This document shows, in pieces, positions 53,801 to 64,000 of a stretch of DNA of 64,000 nucleotides. The DNA is taken from NCBI RefSeq assembly GCF_964194025.1, contig NC_134468.1, positions 37,138,001 to 37,202,000 on the forward strand. Direction: 5' to 3'. A program made the translations under genes and the position numbers. A model generated the notes under the pieces. It was not told the origin of the DNA and ran no database searches. It saw only the letters and a list, made by a program, of their open reading frames with translations. The first letter of the stretch is position 1. The number at the start of each line of letters is the position of its first letter. Source of the DNA: Convolutriloba macropyga (taxonomy: Eukaryota).

Positions 53801-56800
53801 TTTACTACAATTGAGGTATAGCTGAGCGTGTTTTTTTACTTTCGTTGAAAGTTATTGAATTTAATGGTTTTTCAGACCTTAAAAATGATTTTTCGAGAAA
53901 TTTTTTTTAACATTAACCGATCATAAAGTTATTTTCGTGAATTGTAAGTCAGTCTCAGTAATGACAGGACCCCCTCCTTTCTACTGTGATATAAAATTAT
54001 CTGGTTAGCGGTTATATCTTTTTACTATTTGTTATGACTTCAATGCCACAAGGTTTCAAAATTAAAAAAAAATGGATATTTTCGTATTATAGGTCCTTCT
54101 TGAAATTTTATCACATTATTCTGACATTGATATCTTCCATTGGGTTAGAAAAGATGTTCGGTGGATAATGGATACACTTTTCAGAGAAAAGTTTTTGGTT
54201 TGAATGGCTTCGACAGTTTCTTCGCGCACTGTTTCACTGCCTTCTTTGGTTTTTGCCTGCAGTTGTTGTTGTTTTCATTTTCATAAGACTTTTTGTGATC
54301 TTTTATTGATTACCTATGCATGAGAAATATCTTGGTTCTCAAAGCGAGTTAGAACTGAGCGTATTTATTGACTTTCGTTGAAAACTATTGAATTTATTAA
54401 CTGTTAAGACTTTAAAAAAGATTTTTCGAGAAATTTTATAGCAATTACCGATCATAAACTTTTTTTCGTAAACTGTAAGTCAGTCATAGTAATGACCGCA
54501 CCATTTTGTTCCGATTCCATCAAAATAAATCTAGTTAGCGGTTTTATGTTTTAACTATTGGTGTTATGACTTCGATGCACGAGTTTTCATAATTTTTTTA
54601 TTTTTTAATTTTTGTTATTTTTTTATCGTAATTTTAGTTCCTCTTATAATCCTAACACGTTATCCTCATATTGATAGTTGCATTGGCTTCAGAGGACGTT
54701 CAATGGATCTTTCATAAAAATTTCAGAGAAAAGCTTATGGTTTAAGTGGCTTCGACACTTTCTTCTCGCCTTTTTTCTAGTTATTTTTTTGAATTTGTTT
54801 TTTGTTGTTTTCATAGTCAATAACTTTTTGTAGTGTCTTATTGATAAGTTATGAATGAGATAAATTTTTGTTGTCTCATGGAGGCGTAACTTAGTGTATT
54901 TGTTAACTTCCGTTGAGTTTAATGCCGTTGATACTACGGGTTTCTTCAAAAAATTTCGTTATTTTAATGTATTTGTTCATGTTTGTTGATTTATTGTTGT
55001 CAAATAATTTTAAAGAATCCCATTGATGTTGAAAGTAATTGAAAATTGATTTTTTTTACTGAAAAATTCATTTATTAATGGCTTTGTCTTTTTTTAGCTC
55101 AATTTTCTTTAATTTGCTGTTTTTTTTCCTGTTTTTTCATTCTTTAGCCTGTTTTTTCATTCTTTAGGTAGTCGTAAAATGCTTACCGGTCTCCCTCACT
55201 GAGGACTCATTGAATATTGTTACCCGAAGCAGTCAGTTTATAGCGAATAGTCTTAAGGTTTATAATAGTATACATTTTTAGTCTTTTAAGGCTTTCTCAA
55301 TTTTTTCAGTTTTTGTTGTCGTTTGCCGTCAACTTGTAACTTATTCTCATCATTGAGAGGTCCCATAACATTCCCCATATTTTAATATTATTACGTTTAC
55401 TGATACTATAACTCATGGTTTGTTATGCAGACAATATGCCTTTTCATGAAACGTTATGTTAGTTTTGTATTCGTGTTTCTTTTTCTCCACCTTTAGCACT
55501 ATCGCGTAATAAGAGATCATTTTCAAGTGAGATGATTTTCAAGTGTGGCTCATTTGAACCTTTTATTCATTCAGTATCTTTTTAGCCGAATTAGTAAAAG
55601 TAGTAATTCCAATAAAAATAAATAATTTTCAGATAATAGGGCTTCACTCATTTGTGTTTTCGCAGTGTTTGTAATTTGTTGTTCGTAAATATTTGAGATT
55701 TTCTGCAACTAAAGTCCGTTCCCATGGCTTAATCTAACAGATCCTGTTGGTTTCATTATGACTTTTTAAATTTATTAGGAATCATTTTGTTAAAAGCTAA
55801 TGATCTTGAAGACTTCAAATTATTTGTTTTAAGAAATGTTGATTGATTTTTGAGTTTCGCCTCAATGTTTCTTCTTTTTTCGACTTGTTACCTAGTCTCA
55901 TTAAGGAAAAATCCCATCTACTAAGTAGTTGGAAAAATTGAATTTGTATTTTTAGGGTTTTGTCTGATTGTAATTTGACGTTGTTACTAGGTGCTTTCAA
56001 ATTTAGCTATTGTGTTTTTGCCGTTAAATTTTTGTTTCTAAATTTTTTGTGGTTGTTGTTTTTTCTCGTAGTCTTTTCAATGCAAATCTGGTTGTGATGT
56101 GGCATGCCATTTTTTAATTCAATTATTAGTTTGGTTGTTTAACGATTTTTTATCAACTGAAAAATCTATTTTTGATTATCTCTTTGTCAAAAATGTGTGT
56201 CAAAAGACAGTTAATTCAAGAATTTAGATGAGCGCGGTTGGAACATCATGTGCGAACGCACATTAACGAGCCGTCTTGCTGGTTTTATAAATTTTTGAGA
56301 AAACTTCGAGTAATTGGTGTTCTTTATGATCTGTTCCTTTTGCTCAATAATGACAAGTCTTATCACTCTTATTGAAGCATAAATAAATCTAGTTAGATCT
56401 TTCAGCTGATGCTTAAAGCATTTTTATGACGTTGATACTAATTATTTTCTAAATTGTTTCTGAAGTTTTGTTGTTTTTGATGTTTTTCTTGTTTTATTGT
56501 CAAAATTTTTTTAGACATCTCATTGGCTACCCTGTGCTCTTGTGAGACTTGCAATTTTATTAAAGGGCTTTGGATCGCAGTTAATCCTTTTTCTCAATTC
56601 GAGAATATTTAAATTTTGAAAATTAGTGATTTTTCAAGTTTTGCGTGTTTTTTATCGTACTTTTGTCAGTTAGTCATATGAATGAGAGATTTAATTTGAT
56701 GTTGATGGTTTTTCTAATTTTTACTAATTGAGTAAATGATATCAGTTCAGAGCTCACTGTTTGAGCACTTTTGAAATTACTTGTTTTCAAAAATAACTTT

Positions 56801-58456
56801 ACTTGGTCTTGATTTTTTTGGTTATCAATTAGTCCCACCAATGACAGGTCTCATAAACTTTTCGGTGCTCTAATTATCGGTTTTTTCGCATGTTTTAATT
56901 TCAATTACGAAACTACTTTTCAAAGACACAAGTGAAATTCTCTTTTCTTGGCGCTTTATTCATCGTCTGTGCTTGTGCTCATTAATTGCCTTCTTAACCA
57001 GAGTATTTTTACTCAATCTGTAATTTGACCGGAATTTAAGGTCTTGTTATTTGATACACTGGCTTTTTCACGTTATCTTTTCTAAGCGTTTAATTATTGT
57101 TTTGTCTAAGAGTTTAATTTTTGTTTTGTTCAATGGTTTTTGCTTTGTCAGCTATCAACGGCTTTTCCAATTATGTGATTAATAGTCAAGGTCTGAATTT
57201 TTTCATTTTCGTTTTTGTAATTTTCGTTTTTTACGGCTACCTTCTTTAACTTTACTTATATCTCTCCTCACCTACCTTTGCACCTTTTTCAATATTTCAT
57301 GCGATGTTCTCCCGAGTTTTCTATATTTGTTTCACTCTTCGATCAAAAGCTCTACAGTCACAGAAAGAGCATTTCTGCAGAATCTGAACTTAGTATTAAC
57401 GGAGTCAATATCAATGTGCGAAAACAAAAATGAAACGGGTTGAAACACATTTTTTGATAGGCGTCACTGAAACTTTTTGTTGCGAGTTTCAGTTACCAGA
57501 TTTAATGCCAATTCATATTTGCTTTAGTACCCTTACTCTTTAATCAGCAAGAGGAAGCCTGCATATCAAATCGACAAAATGGTTCAAAATAACACGTACT
57601 ATTGGGATTTTTTATGGGAAAAAATTTATTTAATTCCAGTTTCTTTTCTCCGCTTTGTTTAGTCCTAATGGCGTCATGAAAATCAATTGTTGCTGATTTC
57701 CGTATCAGGTTTGTTTTTAAGAATTGGAGATAATAGTACGTCGATCTGAACTGGTTATTTTTCGAAGCCGTTCTTTTACATAGAAATGTAAAATGTTTTT
57801 TGATTTTGTTTTTTTTTGTATTTTTTCAAATATATGTCGGATGTTGAGGTTCAGAACTAAGTTAATGTAGATAACCACATCTAAAATCGAGAGACTCTCC
57901 ATTGCGGTTTTTTGAACATTTAGAAAGAACATTTAATTTGTAAATTTTGAATAAAAATTCACCAAGGCCCTATAATGGTGATTTGATAAGTTGAAACTTC
58001 TCCTTTGCGAGAAACAGCGGATGCTAATCTAACTTGTTATTTTTAATGAGTTTTTTTGGTAACGAATTATCATACTCACCATTTATGGTTTAAAACTTTT
58101 CAACTGGTCTGATCGAACGAGATAAAGCAAATTGATAAAGTTCATTTTCTCTATCCTGCACTTTGGTTTATCAAGGTGAATTAATAGAAGAGTATTTTTT
58201 GTGCGTCAAGTTCGATCGTTAGAGGCCCAAACTTCGGCGAAACCTTCGGCGAAACAGAATTTCAGTGTTTTTTTTAAGCCTCGAATGGTTTTAGATTGAT
58301 CTGAAGAAGCACCCTCCGCCACCTACTCCCCCTCCACAAGCGGGCGGAGCGGACGGGGATTTGGGTATTGGTTCTGCCAATGATGGTCTCGATGCAGACG
58401 GGCAAGCACAAGATGGCGGCACTGAAACAGTGGTAGTTGATACTGTAGCCCCAGAG
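6401..58456 (+). CDS. SPEF2: Sperm flagellar protein 2 (SPEF2/KPL2), multi-exon, 3'-incomplete. Exons: 6401-6458, 6522-6624, 6691-6813, 11550-11679, 12320-12490, 15141-15281, 15537-15610, 16002-16227, 16756-16944, 25639-25826, 26142-26217, (26499-26510), 26767-26841, 27167-27383, 27864-28018, 28448-28561, 28870-29033, [duplicated block 30896-33787], 43191-43314, 46598-46762, 48544-48665, 50722-50863, 58295-58456
   Basis: Manual splicing at GT..AG boundaries gives one uninterrupted frame (977 codons single-copy, 1248 with the duplicated block). It reads MADILCNWLNHEVKLSRQIDPNSVAREFSSGYLMGELLRKYELQEDF..AKLSNFTRLEPTL (CH domain), REKRRRKVLVDQLKAHEAQE..NRLMRQSQVERRI, GKAFSGKS (P-loop), WVLDDFP, QIQKRLVGFEDSW. 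These motifs match SPEF2 as I recall it. Confidence 0.95.
7540..9516 (+). mobile_element. Degenerate copy of the same element (5' end not resolved)
   Basis: 7600-8200 resembles 35280-35950; 3' end agatgaacgggttttgaac..atgtgaacgaacat..gagcctccttgttt. Confidence 0.6.
11550..11679 (+). CDS. SPEF2: SPEF2 exon 4
   Basis: tttag|A..AAT|gtgagt; ILYELFVALENKRKSQLTGTAMETMRP. Confidence 0.93.
12320..12490 (+). CDS. SPEF2: SPEF2 exon 5
   Basis: gtag|AGA..AGG|gtcagt; RLKQINPRQSEMQLEQ.. Confidence 0.9.
14773..14822. repeat. (CT)n microsatellite
   Basis: About 25 perfect CT units. Confidence 0.97.
15141..15281 (+). CDS. SPEF2: SPEF2 exon 6
   Basis: tttag|TCC..CAG|gtatca; ARILAAKVHIPKPPADKTL. Confidence 0.9.
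15537..15610 (+). CDS. SPEF2: SPEF2 exon 7
   Basis: tttag|AAC..GA|gtaagt; phase fits both neighbours. Confidence 0.85.
16002..16227 (+). CDS. SPEF2: SPEF2 exon 8
   Basis: YIRKIQQRTREDEEAKVEREKRRRKVLVDQLKAHEAQE|gtcagc. Confidence 0.93.
16756..16944 (+). CDS. SPEF2: SPEF2 exon 9
   Basis: DARREEEIVNRLMRQSQVERRIVVQLLQTRHEK..|gtaagt. Confidence 0.94.
17526..17850 (-). repeat. 3' LTR of the BEL/Pao element
   Basis: Direct repeat of 25054-25380. Confidence 0.97.
17994..22387 (-). pseudogene. BEL/Pao pol (protease, RT, RNase H, integrase); frameshift near 20000
   Basis: YALLDSGSD; WYLPHHPV; FYMDDF; LHTFTDAS; IPKLELEAA; HHCC zinc finger; SDNGKNF; GGVWERL; WPIGRI. Confidence 0.93.
22357..24101 (-). 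pseudogene. BEL/Pao gag region (split by frameshifts)
   Basis: LPKISLDHFSGDPLMWHQW..FKSTIHDN..QKMTYLQ (DUF1759-type), followed by CCHC knuckles CQLCSGDHNLGRC, CVNCLKRH, CLVDRCNGFHHSTLH. Confidence 0.9.
25054..25380 (-). repeat. 5' LTR of the BEL/Pao element
   Basis: Direct repeat of 17526-17850; PBS adjacent. Confidence 0.97.
25639..25826 (+). CDS. SPEF2: SPEF2 exon 10
   Basis: EMAKLAK..KYEKHYKVCHKITLDIVDY..YRELTG GG|gtacgt (phase 2). Confidence 0.93.
26142..29033 (+). CDS. SPEF2: SPEF2 exon block copy 1 (26142-26217, 26499-26510, 26767-26841, 27167-27383, 27864-28018, 28448-28561, 28870-29033), includes the adenylate-kinase-like P-loop
   Basis: LVPHKLFREW; LLNEADFTEYK; LMYGEW..VGKAFSGKST; HILVSRLITESVDAY; LSRRAQCGK..VPDEVIAELVVDAV; all exons GT-AG bounded. 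Confidence 0.92.
30160..30813 (+). mobile_element. 5' part of the same element, truncated by the duplication breakpoint
   Basis: Essentially identical to 34914-35566. Confidence 0.7.
30896..33787 (+). CDS. SPEF2: SPEF2 exon block copy 2 (30896-30971, 31253-31264, 31521-31595, 31921-32137, 32618-32772, 33202-33315, 33624-33787)
   Basis: Offset +4754 from copy 1; splice sites and frames intact; one synonymous change seen (CTG at 27206 vs CTC at 31960). Confidence 0.7.
34914..37905 (+). mobile_element. Helentron/DINE-1-like non-autonomous element with internal ~360-bp tandem repeats
   Basis: 5' subTIR gttccgacccc plus nearby partial inverted repeat (ggaggaac); 3' subTIR ggggtcggaac, hairpin atgtgcg-at-cgcacat, cttgttt end; T-rich flanks. 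Confidence 0.7.
38130..38938 (+). mobile_element. LINE (CR1/L2-like) RT C-terminal remnant
   Basis: KDLGIYFSESLSWDYH..KANQKL..SILFYRSNVW..MERLQRKSLKWI. Confidence 0.8.
38939..39147. other. Assembly gap (N run)
   Basis: Run of about 209 N. Confidence 1.
40030..41050 (+). mobile_element. Degenerate LINE RT remnant
   Basis: SKIFERVMY..KQFG..TIDAL; DLRKPFDT; GIPQGSVIGPLLFLIFIND; KYLDILVDNKLS; many stops and frameshifts. Confidence 0.8.
43191..43314 (+). CDS. SPEF2: SPEF2 exon (adenylate-kinase signature region)
   Basis: gtgcag|G CAA..ATG|gtgagc; QIPEGQGWVLDDFPLNLEQAQQFEKFLTGYD. Confidence 0.92.
43380..46366 (-). mobile_element. Helentron/DINE-like element, inverted copy
   Basis: Reverse-complement 5' end (tttgttccgaac..ggaggaac..caaatgggttttttttgttcagacaattttggccgat) at ~46365; reverse-complement 3' end (acaagg..gcacataaagttccgaccccgctcatct) at 43381-43425. 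Confidence 0.65.
46598..46762 (+). CDS. SPEF2: SPEF2 exon
   Basis: SGIDLLLLLDITDEEALRRSEGRT..K|gtcagt; acceptor (ttaaag) less certain. Confidence 0.85.
47604..47676 (-). tRNA. tRNA-Val (AAC)
   Basis: GGTGCCATGGTGTAGTGGTTATCACATCTGCCT-AAC-ACGCAGAAGGTCCCCAGTTCGAGCCTGGGTGGCATCA; 73 nt, stems pair, T5 terminator follows. Confidence 0.95.
48049..48132 (+). pseudogene. tRNA-Tyr (GTA) with 11-nt intron (48086-48096), probably a pseudogene
   Basis: GAGG-cCT-GTA-G[agagtactgat]ATCCTTAGGTCCCTGGTTCGAGTCCGGGTCGGCGGA. The 3' half and B box are canonical; acceptor, D and anticodon stems are mismatched in the 5' half. Confidence 0.8.
48544..48665 (+). CDS. SPEF2: SPEF2 exon (LID-like region)
   Basis: atag|GCA..AG|gtgaga; EYHQEYKPPPEGAATG..DPNYDKEQIQKR. 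Confidence 0.9.
49572..50169. mobile_element. Foldback/MITE-like element with ~255-bp inverted arms
   Basis: 49572-49827 is the reverse complement of 49904-50169 with few mismatches; ttta on both flanks; an extra terminal copy at ~50561-50607. Confidence 0.85.
50722..50863 (+). CDS. SPEF2: SPEF2 exon
   Basis: LVGFEDSWTAIESWYHKF..VDGN..|gtattt. Confidence 0.92.
51093..51870. mobile_element. Second copy of the same MITE family, carrying ~400 bp extra internal sequence
   Basis: 51600-51850 closely matches 17270-17525. It ends gaccaccacc like 25438. The internal part resembles 49220-49510. Confidence 0.8.
52158..56282 (+). mobile_element. Helentron/DINE-like element with ~400-580-bp internal tandem repeats
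   Basis: 5' gttccgacccc at 52161; 3' gcggttggaac plus hairpin atgtgcg-aa-cgcacat plus gagccgtcttg at 56234-56278; repeat units begin ~52899, 53478, 53874, 54406. Confidence 0.7.
58295..58456 (+). CDS. SPEF2: SPEF2 exon (low-complexity linker)
   Basis: tttag|ATT..GAG|gttagt, 54 codons, phase 0-0, GC-rich island in an AT-rich intron. Confidence 0.8.
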
Positions 58457-58549
58457 GTTAGTTACTTTACGTTCCAATTCTTTTACTACTAAAAATTGGA
58501 TGAAAAAGGCGCCGAGAGGGGGTTTAGTTTCAATTTTAATTTCAATTTT

Positions 58550-61500
58550 AGTCTAAAAATATACAGAGAAAATTTAGATTAGCTAAAAATGTTTCACCTG
58601 ATTGACATGTGAATAGATCTTTGTTCCGAATCCCGGAGGTGATTTTCTCTTCTCATCAACATTTCATGAGAATCATATATTGCCTAGATACAATCGAGTT
58701 CATTAGTTGGAGGTCGTTGGATGTTAGAATCAGATTTCTATGGGTGGGAGAATTTACTTGTTACATCTGATTGATAGGTCAATAAGATAATGATAACGCC
58801 AAAACAAAATTACTCTCGAATTTAGTTTTTCGGCCATTACTTATCGACGTAGCAGCCAATTCGTCAGGTAGGTTCTTCTTTCGTTCTTTGAAACTTTATT
58901 AAAGCAAACTTCTAAATTTCCTGATGTTTTTTAAACCACCACATCCTCCCTCCTATTTTAAGCGAGTTTGTGGTTATAGGTTCGCCAAATCTGTCGGGTT
59001 GTTTTCTTTTTCTTGTTGATATTCGTGAAGGCTCTAATGATTCGGGTTGTTGGTGCTCTGCAGCTGATGTGGCTGCAGAAGCTTCATTGTGATGTGACGG
59101 TCCCAAATCTCTGTTCTGAACTTAGGGTTCTGATTGAGATATGGTCTCCTCCACGGTTGGTTCAGTTTTCACATTGTCGTCATCTAGTCTCGCAATTTGT
59201 TTGTCGCTCACTAGGATAGTCCAAATGGATTTTTTGGGCTCTATAAAAGATGTGGTCAAGCCCCTCCTGATGATGAAGGTTTCAGGCACTGTCTATGTCT
59301 TTTCGTTGGCCTTGAATAGAATGGGTACGCACAAATCAAAATCTGCTATTAATTGTAGTCTCATTCTGCGTCTCAGTAGAAGTTCAACTAAAGTTTTATA
59401 ACTCGTCTTAGAAGTGTTTCGTTGTGTCATCAGTGCCCTTTGCAGGAATGCGCCAACTGACACGTTGAGATTGGGACTCCAAGCTTGAAGTGCCCGCTTC
59501 ACTGTCTGAACTGCTCTCTCAGCCAGTCCATTAGCTCTTGGATGATAGACGGGGGATTCCCTGTTCTTATTTTCCAGTGATTCACACCACTGTATGAGAT
59601 CACCACTTACAAATACAGGACCATTATCAGTTACCGCGGGGAGAGATTTTATCAAGCTTGAACCCGCGTTAACAGTTACTAAGATATTGCCTTGGTCCTT
59701 AACATAACCCCGGCTTTTGGCCACGTGGAGACTGTTTTTCCCAGGTTAGGCCTCTTCAATTGACAATTCTTACATTTACCAACAAAATATTGAACGTCCT
59801 GGGTAATACCAGGCCACCATGCTATCTATCTGACTGATGCCTGTTGATTTTTCCCAGCATGTGTCTCATGCGCTTTTGTCAAAACCAAGTGTCGTAGTTT
59901 GGGTAGAATGAAAGGAACGACACCTGAAGATGGTTCCATTGCGTATTGTCAATACATACTTTTGTTGTTCGATTCCTTTTTCCACTTCTGAACGTTGTTT
60001 CCAATTGCCACTTTTGATCCGTTTCATTATGTCCTGCATCAGTCTGTTTGTTCCATGTTCAGTTTTGATTTCTGCTTCTGTCATCAAATCACTCTGAGCG
60101 AAGTAGATGTTATTGTTCGTGAAGCATATTTGATCGTTGTCGGATTCGTCATCATCAAAATCCTTTCTGCTCAAAGCATCTGAGTGGGGTGTCTGTTCTG
60201 ATGTGTACTTCCACTCAAATTCGAAACCCTTTAGAGCTATTGTCCATCTTTTGATTCTACCTGATGCTGTTTTCGGGATCTCCTCGCCTGGTGCAAGGAG
60301 ATATTTGAGTGATTTGTGGTCTCTCTGTAGGTTAAATCGTCTTCCAAGAAGAAATTGTTTCAATCTTGTGACCACAAAGACGATCGCCAGTTTTTCACGC
60401 TCTATGTTTGTTTAATTTTGCTCCGCTGGAGTCAATTTCCTCGAGACACATATGACTGGATGTCCTTCCGGCAAAAAACCCCGGCAACTGCTTTTCCAGA
60501 GCGCCAGTAGTTACAGTAGCCTCTTTTTGCAAACTGGAAGGCTCTACGAGGCGGTTAGCACATAATTCATATTTTATATCTTCAAAGGTTTACTGTTGCA
60601 TTTTGGCTCATGAGAAATTGTTTCTCATGTCATTCAGCGGTAGCATTTTAGTTGCAAAAGCAGGAATCATTCTTCCGTAAAAATTTGCTGGCGCAAAAAA
60701 CTATTCGAGTTTTTTGTTGTTATTTGGTGCTTTTGCATTTTTTTTACTTTTTCAACATGCTTGTGATCTGGTAGTATTCCCTCCATTAAAATGGAGTATC
60801 CGAAAAAACTAACGCTTGACTGGTTTTTAGTTTTCTCTTTTTTCTCATTAATAGTAAAGATTTTTTTTCACGTTGTCGACTCTTACTGCAAAAATTCTTT
60901 GGTTGAACTGCTCTTTGGTAGTTCCATAGAGCAACACATCGTCTTGAAAGATTACACAACATTTCAAGGAACACCAATTCCTTAAAATATTGCTTCATTG
61001 CACTTCTAGAAGATTTAGGAAGAGGTTTTCAGCCCCTGAGGTAGTTGGCATATCTTGAACAATCCCTGAGATGTGTTGATTGTGCATATGTCTTTGATCA
61101 CTTCGTCAAGTTCAATCCGATATTAGGCATCTGAGAGATCAATTTTGACAAAGTATGAGGCTCCATATATGTTGTAGAAGATCGTCTCCATATGTGGTAT
61201 TGGGTAGTCCTCATCCATGACCTTGCCGTTGATATGCAATTTCAAGTCCACACAAAGCCTCACTTCTCCACTCTTCTTCCACGTTCTTCACACAATTGGA
61301 GATGCATTAGTGACGCTTCCTGCCTGTACCGGTTCAAGGATGCCCTGTCTAAGAATTTGTTCCAGCTTCTATGTGACCTTGTCTTGAAGAGGTAGAAGTA
61401 TTTTACTGGCTTTGCAGAACATTGGATTTGATCCTGGTATCAGCTTCACATGAGCGTTATAACCCTTCACAGCAGGCAAGTGTTGGGTTGTAATGCTGTT

Positions 61501-63010
61501 TACGCCTGTTTGGGTAGGTCTACCAAGTAGTCCAAATTCTTTATGAGACTGCACAACTGCTAGTTGCATTTGTGTGTACCTGCTTCCGTTCCACTCAACG
61601 TCACAAGTAAGTGATCCCCGAAGCACTGTTTGATGACCGTCATAAAGTTCGAGATGTCTTACTTCAGCATCCAACTGAAGTTTGCCAAGCTCAGTCCAGA
61701 TTTTTGATATCACTGTGCTATCTGCACCTGTGTCTACCTGCATTTCTGCTTTGCAGTTATTTATTGGGATATATTCGCATGTTGCTGACATGCTAAAGGT
61801 TTCTGTATCAGTATAAAACATTCGCATCTCCGATGTTAGAGATACTTGCTCTGAAGAATTGCGTTTTTCTTCCCAAAAGTTATTCTGTTTATTGTACTTA
61901 CCTGAATTTGGTTGATGTTTGCTCCTACATTTTTTTCAGAAATGTCCTACCTTTTAACAGGTTTTGCACTTTTTTCTTGGCGCCGAACAGAGTCTACTAG
62001 AATGTGGTTTACCTCCACGTCTAGAGCATATATTGTGGCTTTTATTAGCCGCAATTTTTTTGTTCGTTTTTCGAAAGTTCTTTTTGAAGTTGTACCCAGT
62101 TTCTTCATAGTAAAAGGTTTGTTACTTCATAAAGAACTTGCAAAAGCCAATGCTTGACTTCTAAAATGTAAGCTCCCGGTCATTTCAATAATCGCAATTT
62201 CGCTTTATTACCGTCTAGTAGTCTAAATTTTGCTTCAGGGTCCCTCAATCCTGAGATAAACTTTATTTTCACCAACTCCGCTTTGGGGTTGGCCGCTGTT
62301 TTGGGTGCTTTGAAGTCACAATAGCCTGCTTTTTCTCTGAGCCGTGCTGAGATATTGTCGTCTGACTCCCCTACATTTTGCATTGTGGACAGAAATTCGG
62401 CATTTTTTGCCGTTATTACCCTCTCTTTAGGAGAAACATAATTTTGAGTTGCCAATAGGGTGTTTTATACGAAGTGTCTATCAATTTCCTAGGACCCATT
62501 AGGCTCCTAAGTTTAATAAATGCATCTTTCCCGCACATACTAAGAAAGAGATTGGTTACTTGTATGTTCATTATAGTACCATCATTGTTGATCTTGTCCT
62601 CTTTCTTCTCAGCGCAACATTTTGCCATGAAAGACATAATCCACGCAGTAGCTAATTATGCATTCTGTAGATCCACAATTTGTCTGTCTGCTGCTGGTCT
62701 GGACACCTTTGTCTTGGTCAATGACACGAGTCGAAAGAATTCATAAAGGTGAATTTTAAATTAAAAGGTTTAAAATTCACCTTTATGAGTTCCTTTTATA
62801 GTTGTTAGCTATGCGAAAAAATATGGAGAAAATTTAGATTAGCTAAGAATGTTTTAGTATCACAATGTTATAAAAATTAGAATCAAGGTTAGTTTTGTGG
62901 CCATTAGTTCTCGACATAGCAGCAAAGTTCGTCAGGTAAGTTCTTCTTTCGTTCTTTGAAACTTTAATAAATAACTTCTAATGTTTTGATGTTTCTTTGA
63001 AACCATCACA
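58550..63010 (-). mobile_element. Decayed Ty3/Gypsy LTR retrotransposon
   Basis: Diverged LTRs ~58550-58943 and ~62805-63010; PPT AGGAGGGAGGA|TG at 58944-58954; gag (KIKFISGLRD), protease MQVDTGADSTV, RT (KIDLSDA), RNase H (DHKSLKYL), integrase DNGPVF..SPVYHPRANGLAERAVQTVK. Confidence 0.9.
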
Positions 63011-63704
63011 AATACCTAGAAATTTATAAATACTTATGCACCTCAGCAAAGCAAAACTTTTTTAGCTTGTCGTTGCTCAAAAAAAATTTTCAAAGTATTG
63101 GAAAGTCATTTTAAAAAAAACAGCTTCATGCAATAAATTTTTTTGATAGGATTTTAAAATAAACTTTTTTGATAAATGTTCAAAAGCGATGTTTTTATGA
63201 TCAAAAGGATTTATATTTGAATGAATTTTCCTAAGGAAAAGGCTAGAAAATTAAAAGTCTGCGTATGTATATTTCTCATCGCAGTTATAATCTGTTGGTA
63301 CGAAAACTCTCTCTAAAAATGTGTTTTGGTACTAACATTTCACTAGTTCCCTATTTTTGAGCAAATGCTTTTGATTCACTCTGAATCATTCGATCAATTT
63401 TGTCAACAAGTAATGTCATCTACTAAATATTAGCTAGTTAGAAACTATTTTAATGCCATATGCCTCGTTCTAACTGGCTCAAACTATGTCAATAATCTCA
63501 AGCTAACGATCAAAATTCTGTAAACTTGACTGCATAACTCATACTTGCTTGAACCAGTATTTGATACTCATATTACAAAAGTCATTTCGAGAAGTACGTG
63601 CGGCCATTGTCGCATTCGATGCTGTGGGATTGACCGGGCGCACGACGAGAAAAGTCATCAATCGATTAGCGGACCAATAGTTTGACTGTTGTGAGCGATT
63701 TAAG

Positions 63705-63792
63705 ATGAATACGTACAACTGTCTACTAACTGGAGATGGTGGAGTGGGAAAAACAGCTCTAGCCAGTGTATTCACTCAGAACATATATCCAG
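63705..63792 (+). CDS. Candidate first coding exon (or pseudogene fragment) of a Rho/Ras-superfamily small GTPase
   Basis: ATG 63705 translates MNTYNCLLTGDGGVGKTALASVFTQNIYP, a G1/P-loop resembling the Rho-family KCVVVGDGAVGKT. The frame closes soon after; the only apparent donor is CAG|gcatgc. Confidence 0.55.
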
Positions 63793-64000
63793 GCATGCTT
63801 ATGTCCAATTTTTTTCTTCATGCAGATTTTCTCCCAAACTAACATTGTTTAATTATATGGCCTCGTTTTCGGAACAAGTTCTGTTATTTAAAGTGCATTC
63901 CATGTTACAAAGGTACGTATACCTTTATCAGAATGATCATAAACATTTGCGCAATTTAAACTATTGGTTTCGAATAACGCTAGAATTTCCACTGATGCAT

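Noticed and set aside
63539-63775. 78-aa minus-strand ORF
   Set aside because: Better explained as the antisense frame of the GTPase-like segment

Overview
AT-rich eukaryotic DNA (spliceosomal GT-AG introns; probably an invertebrate metazoan), not prokaryotic. The backbone is the 5' part of one large + strand gene recognisable as SPEF2/KPL2 (sperm flagellar protein 2: N-terminal calponin-homology domain, coiled coil, adenylate-kinase-like P-loop domain). It starts at ATG 6401, and about 21 exons can be traced in frame to 58456; the gene continues past the window. A near-identical 4.75-kb tandem duplication (~26061-30813 / ~30814-35566) repeats a phase-symmetric exon block in frame, including a candidate 12-nt microexon. 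The introns hold: a full-length, recently inserted BEL/Pao LTR retrotransposon (TSD CTTGA) nested in a MITE; a decayed Ty3/Gypsy element; four to five copies of a Helentron/DINE-like non-autonomous element with internal tandem repeats; a long foldback element; LINE remnants; tRNA-Val(AAC); and a tRNA-Tyr pseudogene. Upstream (1-5090) lies a scrambled head-to-tail array of one LINE. A Rho/Ras-like GTPase N-terminal exon appears at the right edge. There is one assembly gap (38939-39147). I see no firmly supported new biological system. The best leads are the in-frame SPEF2 exon-block duplication, the Helentron-like family, the microexon, the LINE array and the nested GTPase.
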